DNA of 64,000 nt from an uncultured Chthonomonadaceae bacterium (lineage in GTDB: Bacteria; Armatimonadota; Chthonomonadetes; Chthonomonadales; Chthonomonadaceae). The position numbers were made by a program, and so were the translations under genes. Position 1 is the first letter of the stretch; every line of letters begins with the position of its first letter. Below the pieces are notes generated by a model. It was not told where the DNA came from. It did no database searches and saw nothing but the letters and a program-made list of their open reading frames with translations. Of the stretch, positions 18,788 through 28,800 are shown piece after piece. Location: NCBI GenBank assembly GCA_963835065.1, contig CAWIEK010000053.1:224001-288000 (forward strand). The letters run 5' to 3'.

Positions 18788-21229
18788 CTAATTGTTGCGG
18801 CGGAAGCGTCGGCTGGCGTCTTCCGGGCGGTTGTCCGGGCGATGGGGCCGGAAGGTGGAGCGGGTGAAGCGCTCGTCCCGTCCGCCGAACCGGTTGTCGC
18901 GGTTGTTGTCCTGGCCTCGATTGTCGCGCCCGTAACCGTTGTCACGGTTGTCGCGGGGGTTTTGGTCGTCGCGATTGAACGGACGGTTTTGCCCGCCGGG
19001 GAACGCCTCCCCACCCTCGCCATCCTCGCGGCGCGGGCGGGCAATGTCCACATACACGCGCTTGCCGCGCAGTTTGGTGCGGTTGAGCATGTCCATGACG
19101 CGGGCGGCGTCTGCTTCAGGCACTTCCACAAACGTGCTGCGATCCATGATGTCAATCGCGCCGATGGCATTGCCGGGTACGCCCGCTTCGTTGGCAATCG
19201 CGCCCACGATGTCGCCGGGACGCACACCGTCCTGCCGTCCGATTTGCAGGAACAGGCGGGTCATGCCGGACTCGGTGCGCTCCTGCGCCACGTCCACTTC
19301 GGTCACGTCGTAATCCGACGCGCCCTTTTGCGCCTGCCACAGCATTTGCAGCGCGGCTCCCGCGATCTGCGAAGCGTCCCACTTGCCTTCTTCGGTCAGT
19401 TCCTCGACCGTCATCAGGAAGCCGTCCACATTTCCGGCATTGAGCGTTTCGCGGACTTTTTCCTTGAACATTTCGCGTCGCCGCGTGGCAATATCGGCGG
19501 CGGTCGGAACGCGGGCAGGCTTGATGGGCGCGTTGATAAAGCGCTCGATCAGCTTCAGTTGCCGGCGTTCGCGGGGCGCAATCAGGGTGATGGCGTTGCC
19601 GCTGCGTCCTGCGCGTCCCGTGCGCCCGATGCGGTGAATATAGGACTCTACATCCCACGGAATGTCGTAGTTGATGACGTGCGAAACGTGGTCAATGTCC
19701 AGCCCACGAGCGGCCACATCCGTAGCGATCAGCAGGTCGGCCTGTCCCGCCCGGAAGCGGTTCATCACGCGGTCACGGGCGGCCTGATTCATTTCGCCGT
19801 GCAGGGTTTCGGCCTCATAGCCGCGCAATTGCAGGGCTTCGCCCAACTCGTCCACTTCGCGGCGCGTCCGGCAGAACATGATGGTGCTGCCGGGCGATTC
19901 CATATCAAGGATACGCGCCAGCGCTTCCACTTTCTGCGAAGGAATCACTTCGTAATACGTCTGATTGACGAGGGCAACGGTGCGGTGCTTGCTTTCGATG
20001 GACACGCGCTGCGGGTTGTTCAGGTAATCGCGGGAAAGCGCGACAATGCGCGGCGGCATGGTGGCGGAAAACAGCGCGGTCTGCCGCTCTTTGGGCGCTT
20101 CCTTCAGGATTTCCTCAACGTCTTCCAGAAAGCCCATGTTGAGCATTTCATCGGCTTCGTCGAGTACGACCATGCGTATCTGGTTGAGCTTCAGCGTACC
20201 CCGCCGCAGGTGATCCAGAACGCGCCCCGGCGTTCCGACAACGATTTGCGGCCCACCCATCAGGGCGCGGAACTGGCGGTCAATCGGCTGCCCGCCATAC
20301 ACGGGCACAACGCGCATCCGCTTGTACTTGGTCAGGTTGTGTGTTTCCTGCGCCACCTGAATACACAGTTCGCGGGTGGGCAGCAGAATAATGGCCTGCA
20401 CATGGTTCTGTGTGGCGTCCAGCTTTTCGGCAAGCGGGAGGGCGAATGCGGCGGTTTTGCCGGTTCCCGTTTGCGCCTGCCCGATAAGGTCGTGACCGGC
20501 AAGCAGGATAGGAATGGACTGCGCCTGAATGGGCGTGGGCGCTTCAAACCCGGATTCGATAATGGCGCGCATTGTCGGTTCGCTCAGATTGAGGACGCGG
20601 AATGCGGCAGCCGGTTCGATGACAGGTTCAACGATTGGCTCGGCATCGGCTTCTGCAACGGGTTCCGCAATCGGCGCTGCAACGGCTTCAGCTTTCATCT
20701 TCGGTTTCGCAGCCGGCTCCGCTGTCATCTCAACAACCGGCTCGGCTTTGGCTTCAACAGACGCTTTGCCGGTGGTTTTGGCGGCGGATTTGGCAGCGGG
20801 CTTGCCGGCAGTCTCGGCGGCAGGCGGCGCGACAGCGTTGGTCGGCGCGACAGCATCCATCTTCGCTTCTGCGGCGGGTTCGCTGCTTGCCTTTGCGGTA
20901 GATTTTGTGGCGGATTTCGCCGTCGTTTTGCGGGCAGGCTTCGCGCCTGCTTCGGTCGTGAGTTCCTGCGCGGCCTCACTCTTAGTTTTTGCCGTGTCCG
21001 GCGCGACTTCCATAGCGGGAAGTTCGATTACTTTGGGTTCTGCAACTGGCATAAGTGTGTTTTCGGTACCTTCGTTCGTGTCGGCGCGCGCATCGGGCGC
21101 GGAAGCACGAGAGTTATCAGGGGTCGGCGTCAATGGTTCCGCCCCGGCGAGCGCCGTAGTCGGGGGCGGCGTGAGCGCGTCCTGAACATCGGCAACGGGT
21201 TTCTTTTTGCTGGCTTTGGCTGCGCTCAT
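18788..21229 (-). CDS. deaD: DEAD-box RNA helicase (DeaD/CsdA type) with DbpA domain and long N-terminal low-complexity arm
   Basis: Q motif, AQTGTGKT, PTREL, DEAD, SAT, HRIGRTGRAG, RPGDIVGAIANE. Confidence 0.95.
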   Translation of the reverse strand: MSAAKASKKKPVADVQDALTPPPTTALAGAEPLTPTPDNSRASAPDARADTNEGTENTLMPVAEPKVIELPAMEVAPDTAKTKSEAAQELTTEAGAKPARKTTAKSATKSTAKASSEPAAEAKMDAVAPTNAVAPPAAETAGKPAAKSAAKTTGKASVEAKAEPVVEMTAEPAAKPKMKAEAVAAPIAEPVAEADAEPIVEPVIEPAAAFRVLNLSEPTMRAIIESGFEAPTPIQAQSIPILLAGHDLIGQAQTGTGKTAAFALPLAEKLDATQNHVQAIILLPTRELCIQVAQETHNLTKYKRMRVVPVYGGQPIDRQFRALMGGPQIVVGTPGRVLDHLRRGTLKLNQIRMVVLDEADEMLNMGFLEDVEEILKEAPKERQTALFSATMPPRIVALSRDYLNNPQRVSIESKHRTVALVNQTYYEVIPSQKVEALARILDMESPGSTIMFCRTRREVDELGEALQLRGYEAETLHGEMNQAARDRVMNRFRAGQADLLIATDVAARGLDIDHVSHVINYDIPWDVESYIHRIGRTGRAGRSGNAITLIAPRERRQLKLIERFINAPIKPARVPTAADIATRRREMFKEKVRETLNAGNVDGFLMTVEELTEEGKWDASQIAGAALQMLWQAQKGASDYDVTEVDVAQERTESGMTRLFLQIGRQDGVRPGDIVGAIANEAGVPGNAIGAIDIMDRSTFVEVPEADAARVMDMLNRTKLRGKRVYVDIARPRREDGEGGEAFPGGQNRPFNRDDQNPRDNRDNGYGRDNRGQDNNRDNRFGGRDERFTRSTFRPHRPDNRPEDASRRFRRNN

Positions 21230-21298
21230 AAGTGTCGTAATCTCCTAACGTTACATTAAAGTATACCAGATAGGAGCGGTTCCATGTCGGGTTGTTTT

Positions 21299-21333
21299 TT
21301 GCACACGCTGTCATGGCAAGACAGCGTGTGCAA
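21299..21333. other. Perfect 14-bp hairpin in the helicase leader
   Basis: TTGCACACGCTGTC-7nt-GACAGCGTGTGCAA. Confidence 0.7.
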
Positions 21334-21457
21334 CTATCTTCTTTTCGACACTCCGTAAGCCTTTGCTAAACACGCCAAAACGCGCCGCCTTGTGGAAGCA
21401 TAGACGGCGCGTGTTGCTTGTATAGCGAGTAAGAGACACTCTGTTGCCGCAAACATA

Positions 21458-22927
21458 CTATAAAACCGGCTGGAGTTGGGAACGGCGAGATTGCTGCATC
21501 CACTCTTGGAATTGTTCTGCTCCGACTCTTTCCTGCAAAGATTGCAGCATATTCATTAAATCGTCTGTATAGGGCGACTGTAGTTCCTGAGAGACTAATG
21601 TAGCACTTTGTAAATATTTAAATGCTTGGTTAAAAATGCCTTGCTGCATTTTTAATTCTCCCAAATTTGCCATTGTGATTGCCAGAAAAGCTTTATCCCC
21701 AGTATCGGAACCAATTTGTAGGCTTTCCTGATACAAGGTTTCTGCTCCTGTCAAATCACCCATTTTCTGCTTAATCACAGCCAAATTAAGTAGCGTACTC
21801 CCGCGCAATCTGCTGTTCCCAATCCGGTTTGCAACGGACAGCGCTTGCTGGTACAGTTGCTGTGCTTCATCAAAGTTTTGCCTGTTCGACTGAATGTTAC
21901 CAAGTCCAACCAATACATTCGCTATGTTCAATAAATGTTCGCTGGAACTGCCCTGCAGCGCCTGAAACTTCTGCAAACTTTGTTCATAGTAATGTTGGGC
22001 AGTCTCCAGGTCTCCTTCATAGAAGTATATGTTTCCGATTTGAGTAAGGCTAACTGCCTGGCGATAGGTATCGCCTGATTGTTGTTCCTCAGATAAATTT
22101 CGCACATAAATAGCGCGGGCCTGCTCGAAGTTGCCCAATCGCGTTGCGATTACAGCAAGTTCATGCGAAGCATCCAACACGCCGTTTTTATCATGAATTT
22201 GTTCTGATAAGCGCCGACTCTCTTCCAGATATTGGCTTGCCTGCTTCCAATTGCCGGAGTTAGCATACAGCATGCTACATTGTCGCAGAATAGTAGCGAT
22301 TATTCTGTTATCGCTGTCACTGGTCTGCGGCAGAGTACGCGCCGTTTGCAGTAGCTCCTCCAATCGCTGCAGTTCCTGTTGCTTCTCGGTCTGAGTGAGG
22401 GAGGAAAGCTCCGGCCAGCCAATGTTTAAATGCCCGGAACTGTCTTTTTGCCAATGTTCGGCGCTTGTGGGAAACTCATAAACACCGGAGCGCCATGCCC
22501 AAAAATCCGGGGCGCTGAGAACCATTTTGTCCAGCGCGTAATCGGGCAGCCAGATCAGCAGGACGGCGGGACAGGCGCGGCGGATCAAATCGCGGTCGTT
22601 ATTCAGGCGTCCTAATGCGGGGGAGTAATCTTCCTGCGCATAGATGGATTTTTCCAGTCCAAAGACGTTGACGAAGGCCGGAAGGTCGTTGACATCTATA
22701 ACTGCCTTCAATTTATCTAACAAACTAATGATTGGCTCGTCAAGCGTTATTTCAACGGCGCGTTTACCGCTCAGGCGTTCCAAAAGCATCCGGCTTAATT
22801 GCCGCTGCTGAATGGGGCTATTGCATTTGACGAAGCCCAAAACAAATTCATTCGCCCGACGCACAACGCGCGCAATTCGGGTAAATACCTCGTCTACTTC
22901 TGGAGTTAAATCGCTGGTGACTGTCAT
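21458..22927 (-). CDS. TPR protein with N-terminal degenerate NTPase-like domain
   Basis: APDFWAWRSGVYEF motif followed by about 6 TPR repeats. Confidence 0.85.
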   Translation of the reverse strand: MTVTSDLTPEVDEVFTRIARVVRRANEFVLGFVKCNSPIQQRQLSRMLLERLSGKRAVEITLDEPIISLLDKLKAVIDVNDLPAFVNVFGLEKSIYAQEDYSPALGRLNNDRDLIRRACPAVLLIWLPDYALDKMVLSAPDFWAWRSGVYEFPTSAEHWQKDSSGHLNIGWPELSSLTQTEKQQELQRLEELLQTARTLPQTSDSDNRIIATILRQCSMLYANSGNWKQASQYLEESRRLSEQIHDKNGVLDASHELAVIATRLGNFEQARAIYVRNLSEEQQSGDTYRQAVSLTQIGNIYFYEGDLETAQHYYEQSLQKFQALQGSSSEHLLNIANVLVGLGNIQSNRQNFDEAQQLYQQALSVANRIGNSRLRGSTLLNLAVIKQKMGDLTGAETLYQESLQIGSDTGDKAFLAITMANLGELKMQQGIFNQAFKYLQSATLVSQELQSPYTDDLMNMLQSLQERVGAEQFQEWMQQSRRSQLQPVL

Positions 22928-24258
22928 TGCGTGTTACTCGGCGCGGCAGGCGCGGACGGCTCTGAGGGAGCGAGAAATTTGCGCAATGTCCGCACAACAG
23001 GGTTGACGGCGTAGCAGGGTTCGCCGTTCAGGTACTCCAAAATACTGGCGTTGTACATCAACACCTGATCGTCGGGACTGCCCGGCAGGGCTTGCGTTTC
23101 CTCCACCGTGTGAAGCGTCGTATAGAACTGCGGTTTGGTTAAGGCGCGCTCGAAATCGGTACGCATCAGGGTGACGGCTTTTTCCGCCTCGCGGCGCGTA
23201 ATCGGCAGATCATCTATGTAATCACAGGCGGAGCGTACCATAATCAGAACGTTGCGCACATGCCCGCCACTCATGCCACAAAGGTAATCCAGCGTGTCGG
23301 GAGTGTCGAACGCCTGATCACTGGGGATGTGGGAAACTGTCAGCCGCTTTTGTACGATGTCGTGCATGGCGGCAATGCCGGCTGCATTGCCCTGCCGATC
23401 ACGCCCAATAATTTTGATCATCGGCAAAGTGAATGGCTGCTTGCTGTAAATGGTGGTCAGGGCAGGCGCAGTCGGCGCGAACAGCATCGAGATAGGAAGC
23501 GTATAGATAATGTGTGTTTGGAGTTGCGTGAGCTGCGCGCCCCGGTTGATGAACAATTGCTCATGCGTATTGTATTGGCTCTCAGGAATGTTACGCAGTG
23601 TGATACGATCCAGATTGTCAACGATGACTACAAGGTCTTCATATCCTTTGGCCTTGAGTTTTGTTGCCACCTCGGCCAGCAGATCGTTCACCGCCTGAAT
23701 TAAATTCGAGACGTTTGGCTCCAACGCCTGACGAATTTGGTTCCGGGCGATAGGACTGCTTTTAATGGAAGCCGTCAGTTTGCCTACTTTTGCATCCAGC
23801 GTCAGGTTCTCGAACACCACTTCACTGCCTAAAAGAGTTTTCAAATCTTCAAAGAAGCGGCTCAGGCGCGCAGGGCGCAAATCCTCATGAAAGTATTCGC
23901 GCATCACTTTCCCGACTTCGCGCGCAATGGCAAGAAGAATGTCGGCTAAGTCTACGTCGTTGACATCCACATCCTGATCGTCCGCTTCAAAGTAGACGAC
24001 AAAGAAGGGACGCCTTTCTCCGGCAGGCTTGGAAAGACGATCCATCAGGCGTTTCAACTCCGTAGATTTGCCGCAGCCACGATGCCCCGTAAAGAGCAGA
24101 TGCATCGGCTCGTCGGCGCGACGAATGGCTTTCGCCATGCGTCCAACCAAATCGTCCGTGCCGCGCACATCGTCACAAAGAACGTAGCGTTCATCACCGG
24201 GCCGCAACGGTTCTGTAGGATTGCATTTCTGGTAAAACAAGTCAATGCCTTCTGCCAT
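22924..24258 (-). CDS. P-loop ATPase (AAA/STAND-like)
   Basis: Walker A GHRGCGKST, Walker B VVIVDNLDR, SGGHVR; ATGA-coupled to the TPR gene. Confidence 0.88.
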   Translation of the reverse strand: MAEGIDLFYQKCNPTEPLRPGDERYVLCDDVRGTDDLVGRMAKAIRRADEPMHLLFTGHRGCGKSTELKRLMDRLSKPAGERRPFFVVYFEADDQDVDVNDVDLADILLAIAREVGKVMREYFHEDLRPARLSRFFEDLKTLLGSEVVFENLTLDAKVGKLTASIKSSPIARNQIRQALEPNVSNLIQAVNDLLAEVATKLKAKGYEDLVVIVDNLDRITLRNIPESQYNTHEQLFINRGAQLTQLQTHIIYTLPISMLFAPTAPALTTIYSKQPFTLPMIKIIGRDRQGNAAGIAAMHDIVQKRLTVSHIPSDQAFDTPDTLDYLCGMSGGHVRNVLIMVRSACDYIDDLPITRREAEKAVTLMRTDFERALTKPQFYTTLHTVEETQALPGSPDDQVLMYNASILEYLNGEPCYAVNPVVRTLRKFLAPSEPSAPAAPSNTQ

Positions 24259-24370
24259 TCTCACATCCTCCCTCCTTCTATTGTATCCTATCTGTCAATA
24301 GCTTTCATACATCCTTGCGCGGCCTCCAAAATAAGACGGCAAAATATTTTGCGAGTTGATGAAAATTCGC

Positions 24371-24401
24371 TTGACTCTCCCGTTACGGGAGGCATTATAC
24401 T
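24371..24401 (+). promoter_or_regulatory. MerR-type promoter (19-bp spacer with dyad)
   Basis: TTGACT-19bp-TATACT with CTCCCGT-T-ACGGGAG at 24377-24391. Confidence 0.9.
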
Positions 24402-24492
24402 GTGCTTGTTCGCTGCAAACGGCAGGCTTTCTTGTATGGGCAAGGTTCTTGTGCGGGCAGGGCGGTTTGCCACAACGAATTGGAAGACGACC

Positions 24493-25326
24493 ATGTTCAA
24501 AATCGGGGATTTTTCCAGAATGAGCCGGGTGTCGGTGAAGGCGCTGCGCCATTACGATGACGTGGGATTGCTGGAACCGGCGCATGTGGATGAGGAAAGC
24601 GGCTACCGCTATTATACGGCGGAACAGCTCGCGCTGCTGAACCGCATTCTGGCGCTCAAAGACTTGGGCTTTTCGCTGGAACAGATTGCACGGCTGCTGA
24701 AAGAAGGACTATCCCCGGCGGAAATGCGCGGGATGCTGCGCCTGCGGCAGCAGGAGATACAGCAGCGCATGGAAGAGGAACAGGGACGTTTGGAGCGCGT
24801 GGAAGCGCGGCTGCGGCAAATCGAGCAGGAAAGCGGAGCGTCGCCCTATGACGTGATTATGAAGCAGACCGATGCCCGATTGATTGCCGGTTTGCGGGCC
24901 ACCATCCCCGACTTTCATCATATTCAGACGTTGTTTGCGGAGATGTACACCGACCTGCACCGCCTGGGAATCCGAACGCGCGGTCCGCACATTGTTTTCT
25001 GGCACGACCGGGAATATTGCGAAACCGCCATTGACATTGAAGTGGCGGCGGCTATCGAACCATGCCCTGCCGCCCGTTTCGAGCCGAGCCTGCGCGTACG
25101 TCCGCGCGAACTGGCCGAAGAAACCGTTCTTAGCGTGGTACATCAGGGGGAATATGGAGGGATTGAACATGCGTACAAGCCCCTGCTGGAAACTATTGCC
25201 AACCACCGCTATCAAGTAGCCGGCGCTTTTCGCGTTCTGGTGCTGAAATGGGATTTCAACATGCCGCCCGAACAAATCGTCAGCGAAATACAAGTGCCTG
25301 TGGAATTACCTTCAACTAATGTTTAG
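24493..25326 (+). CDS. MerR-family regulator with GyrI-like ligand domain (BmrR-like)
   Basis: MFKIGDFS..VKALRHYDDVGLL..GYRYY; C-terminal HQGEY..EIQVPV. Confidence 0.93.
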   Translation: MFKIGDFSRMSRVSVKALRHYDDVGLLEPAHVDEESGYRYYTAEQLALLNRILALKDLGFSLEQIARLLKEGLSPAEMRGMLRLRQQEIQQRMEEEQGRLERVEARLRQIEQESGASPYDVIMKQTDARLIAGLRATIPDFHHIQTLFAEMYTDLHRLGIRTRGPHIVFWHDREYCETAIDIEVAAAIEPCPAARFEPSLRVRPRELAEETVLSVVHQGEYGGIEHAYKPLLETIANHRYQVAGAFRVLVLKWDFNMPPEQIVSEIQVPVELPSTNV

Positions 25327-25349
25327 AAGCCCAATCGGAGGACACGACA

Positions 25350-26234
25350 ATGCAATTCACAAAGCGCAATGGTTCCCTTAAGCGCCGCCCTGCCAACATC
25401 GCAGGATGCCGGACGCGCGTTCGCCCGCTCTCGTTCGCCGTCGCCAATCTCAGCCTGGTCACAGTGGGAGGACTGCTCCTGATGACGGGCAGCGCTTTGC
25501 AGCCGAGTCAGGCCGCGCCCCAATCTTCCGGCGCAACGAAACCGGCTCCCGAACCTGTGAAACCGGCAGGCAATTCCAACGTCAATACGGCTATCATTCA
25601 CAAAGATGGCCGTCCCGCGCATCTGGATATGCTGTTGCGCGACGACTTCTTTGTCGGCTTTACGGGCGACGAGGCGCGGCTTGCGCATGGCATGAAAATA
25701 TGTGAGCAGATGATGGCAAAGTATCCCAATTTCGGGGAAGCCATTGTCTGGCATGGCAGCGGCCTGGTTTTCCAATCTGCGAAACTGTTTCAGAAGGGGG
25801 ACAACAAGCAGGGCATGGTCGTCTGGCAAAAGGGATTGGATGAAATGGATGCGGCCGTAAAACTGGAGCCGAACAACGTTTCCGTGCTGATACCCCGCGC
25901 CGCAACCCTGATTCCCGCCGCCCGCTTTATCAACTACAAGCCTCTCGCGGACTCACTCTGGACTCGCGCAGCTTCCGACTACGAAAAAACATACGCCGCG
26001 CAAAAACCCGGTTTCGACAAGCTGACCTCCCATTCCAAAGGCGAGTTGCTGTTCGGACTGGCCGAAGCCAGCGCGCGGTTGGGCAACGAAGAGAAAGCCC
26101 GCGCGTACCTGAAACAGATGCAGCAGGCATGCAAAGGAACCGACTACGTGACGGAAGCCCAAACCTGGCTGGACAAGAAGACCCTGGCAACGGGACTGCC
26201 TGCCCGCAATTGCATCGGATGCCATGTAAAATAG
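25350..26234 (+). CDS. Exported helical/TPR-like protein with C-terminal CxxCH
   Basis: Hydrophobic signal region, helical repeats, ends NCIGCHVK. Confidence 0.75.
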   Translation: MQFTKRNGSLKRRPANIAGCRTRVRPLSFAVANLSLVTVGGLLLMTGSALQPSQAAPQSSGATKPAPEPVKPAGNSNVNTAIIHKDGRPAHLDMLLRDDFFVGFTGDEARLAHGMKICEQMMAKYPNFGEAIVWHGSGLVFQSAKLFQKGDNKQGMVVWQKGLDEMDAAVKLEPNNVSVLIPRAATLIPAARFINYKPLADSLWTRAASDYEKTYAAQKPGFDKLTSHSKGELLFGLAEASARLGNEEKARAYLKQMQQACKGTDYVTEAQTWLDKKTLATGLPARNCIGCHVK

Positions 26235-26336
26235 TTGGTGATTGGTTTGAGGAGTGGATTGTGCAACGTTGGATGCTGGAATTGAACTTTTATTACCGCG
26301 ATTTTCGATGTTTTTCAAACAAGGAGCGTAACAGGC

Positions 26337-27413
26337 ATGGCACAGGATACAATTACAACGAACCAGTCGCCAGTCGCCAGTCGCCAGTCACCAGCCGCCA
26401 ATCACCAACCACCAACCACTAATCACCCCCTCCTGGAAGCGCGTCAACTGCGCAAGCAGTACGAGCGCCTTACCGCTGTGGATGGCATTGATTTTGAGAT
26501 AAAGCGGGGCGAGATTTTCGGACTGCTTGGGCCGAACGGCGCGGGCAAAACCACGACCATCAGCATGTTGGCGGGGATTTTAACGCCAAGCAGCGGGGAA
26601 ATCTGGCTGAACGGCCTGGCATCCAATGGCGGCAGAGAAGCGCGGCAAATGCTCGGAGTCGTGCCGCAGGAACTGGCGATTTACAGCAAACTAACGGCGC
26701 GAGAGAATTTAGCCTTTTTTGGGGAATTGTACGGCTTGCATGGCGCTACTCTTGCGGAGCGTATTGAGGAAATGCTGACGCTGGTGGGACTTGCCGACCG
26801 CGCGGGGGATCGCGCCGACACGTTTTCGGGCGGCATGAAGCGGCGCTTGAATCTTGCCGTCGGCCTGATGCACCGTCCGCAATTGCTGCTGCTGGACGAG
26901 CCGACGGTGGGCGTTGATCCACAGTCGCGTAACCACATCTTTGAAGGCGTTCGGACGCTGAACCGGGCAGGGCTGACGGTGCTGTATACCAGTCATTATA
27001 TGGAAGAAGTGCAGGCGCTGTGTCACCGCGTGGGCATCATGGACAAAGGGCAACTTATTGCCTGCGATACGGTTGCCAATCTGATCGCGGCGCATGGCAA
27101 GCCCATCATTGAAATTGTCCTGGATATGGCGCAGATTGCTCCCGATTTGCAGCGGCAACTGGAGCAAATGCCGGGTGTGCAGTCCGTACAGGCCACGCCG
27201 ACACCCCGCGCGTCCGACGGCCTTGCGGGAGCAGCGGAAAATTCCGACGCAATCACACTGCTCAACATCTGCACCGAGCAGCCCAATCGCCTGTTGCCGG
27301 AAATCATTCTTGCCTTAAGCGCCGCCCACGCGCCCATTCTCTCGCTCAACGTCAAGCAGCCCACGCTCGAAGACGTGTTCCTCGCCCTCACCGGCAAAAC
27401 GCTGCGGGATTGA
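26337..27413 (+). CDS. ABC exporter ATP-binding subunit (DrrA-like)
   Basis: GPNGAGKTT, FSGGM, LLLDEPT, TSHYMEE. Confidence 0.95.
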   Translation: MAQDTITTNQSPVASRQSPAANHQPPTTNHPLLEARQLRKQYERLTAVDGIDFEIKRGEIFGLLGPNGAGKTTTISMLAGILTPSSGEIWLNGLASNGGREARQMLGVVPQELAIYSKLTARENLAFFGELYGLHGATLAERIEEMLTLVGLADRAGDRADTFSGGMKRRLNLAVGLMHRPQLLLLDEPTVGVDPQSRNHIFEGVRTLNRAGLTVLYTSHYMEEVQALCHRVGIMDKGQLIACDTVANLIAAHGKPIIEIVLDMAQIAPDLQRQLEQMPGVQSVQATPTPRASDGLAGAAENSDAITLLNICTEQPNRLLPEIILALSAAHAPILSLNVKQPTLEDVFLALTGKTLRD

Positions 27414-27523
27414 GGAAGGGAGTAGGGAGTAGGTGGTAGGGAGTAGGACAAGCAAAGTCATTCCTACTCCCTACCACCTACTCTCTACCACCTACTCCCT
27501 ACTCCCTACTTCTGGAGACTGCC

Positions 27524-28795
27524 ATGCCATTCTGGAGCATTGCGCGCAAGGATTTGCGCACCATACTGCGCGACAAGTCCGGGGCCATTATGCTTTTCCT
27601 GTTGCCCCTCGTGTTTCTGTTCGTGTTCGGAGCCGCGTTTGGCGGGCAGTCGCAGGCTGGGAACAAAAGCCCCTTCAAGATTCTGGTGAGCAACGCGGAT
27701 CAGGGTAAGCGGGGCGCGGAAGTAGTACGCGCCATACAGCAGGTGAACCTGACCACGCAGGAAACAGCGGGTGGTGCGCAGGAGGTGGAGGCGCAGGTGA
27801 GCAAGGGCGCGTATGCGATTGGCGTGATTTTGCCTGCCGATTTCAGCGCACAGTTGGAAGCGTATGTCCAAACCGCCTCGGAAGGCAAGTCATCCCCTAC
27901 CCCAACGGAAATGCGCGTCCTGATTGACCCGGCGCAGCCGCAGGTGGCGGGCATGGCAAAGGGCGCGATCTTCGCGTCCGTTCAGCGCGTGATGGGGCCG
28001 CTGTATCGGGAAGCGGCGCTGGCGCGAATTCCCGCCGCGTATCGCGCCGACGCGGAAAAGAACATGACTGCGCAAAGCGGCAACAGCGTCATGCCGTTTG
28101 AAATGAGCGGCGAGGCAAGCGGCAATGCGCAGACAGACGCAGGCAAAGAAGCGAACGGGAACAACAAGAGCGGCAATACAGGGGAAGTAAAGCGCGCGGA
28201 CATAACCGCCGGGGATGTGATTACGCCCGGATTTGCCGTGTACTTCGTGTTTTTCCTGGCGAACAGCGTTGCCGTCAGCCTGCTGCTGGAACGGCAGGAG
28301 GGCACGCTGCGACGCATGTTAAGCGCCCCCATTGCCCGCTCGCAGATTTTACTTGGCAAACTGACGGCGCGAGCGATTTTGGGAATTCTGCAAACGATGA
28401 TGCTGTTCGGCGTGGCGGGCGTGTTCCTGCACACGCATTACGGCAGTTCGCCGTTCGGCATTGCGCTTATCGGACTGGCAACCATTTTCACCGCAACCGG
28501 GTTAGGTCTGCTGATTGCCACCCTCGCCAAAACGCCGGAACAGATTCAGGGCATGACCACCCTGCTGCTGGTGGTGATGGGCGCGATTTCCGGCTGCCTG
28601 ATGCCGCGCATGTTCCTGCCCGACAGCGTACAAAAGTTCAGCCTGATTACGCCCCATGCGTGGGCCTTGACCGCGTATCAGGATTTGATGCTGCGCGGCA
28701 GGCCCTTGACCGCCGTTCTGCCCGAAATTATGGTCGTTGTCGGCTTCGGCGCGGTCTTCTACATTCTGGCTCTGGTTCGCTTCCGCTTTGAATGA
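27524..28795 (+). CDS. ABC-2 type permease
   Basis: ERQEGTLRRMLSAP motif, six TM segments, large extracytoplasmic loop. Confidence 0.92.
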   Translation: MPFWSIARKDLRTILRDKSGAIMLFLLPLVFLFVFGAAFGGQSQAGNKSPFKILVSNADQGKRGAEVVRAIQQVNLTTQETAGGAQEVEAQVSKGAYAIGVILPADFSAQLEAYVQTASEGKSSPTPTEMRVLIDPAQPQVAGMAKGAIFASVQRVMGPLYREAALARIPAAYRADAEKNMTAQSGNSVMPFEMSGEASGNAQTDAGKEANGNNKSGNTGEVKRADITAGDVITPGFAVYFVFFLANSVAVSLLLERQEGTLRRMLSAPIARSQILLGKLTARAILGILQTMMLFGVAGVFLHTHYGSSPFGIALIGLATIFTATGLGLLIATLAKTPEQIQGMTTLLLVVMGAISGCLMPRMFLPDSVQKFSLITPHAWALTAYQDLMLRGRPLTAVLPEIMVVVGFGAVFYILALVRFRFE

Positions 28796-28800
28796 TAAAC

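Noticed and set aside
18749..21259. 836-aa plus-strand ORF
   Set aside because: Antisense shadow of the helicase with no motifs; the same applies to the other long antisense ORFs.
24082..24492. N-terminal extension of the MerR ORF (also of Rpn 29776-30150 and pilin A 12919-13155)
   Set aside because: These overlap promoters or neighbouring genes; family motifs and RBS point to the downstream starts.
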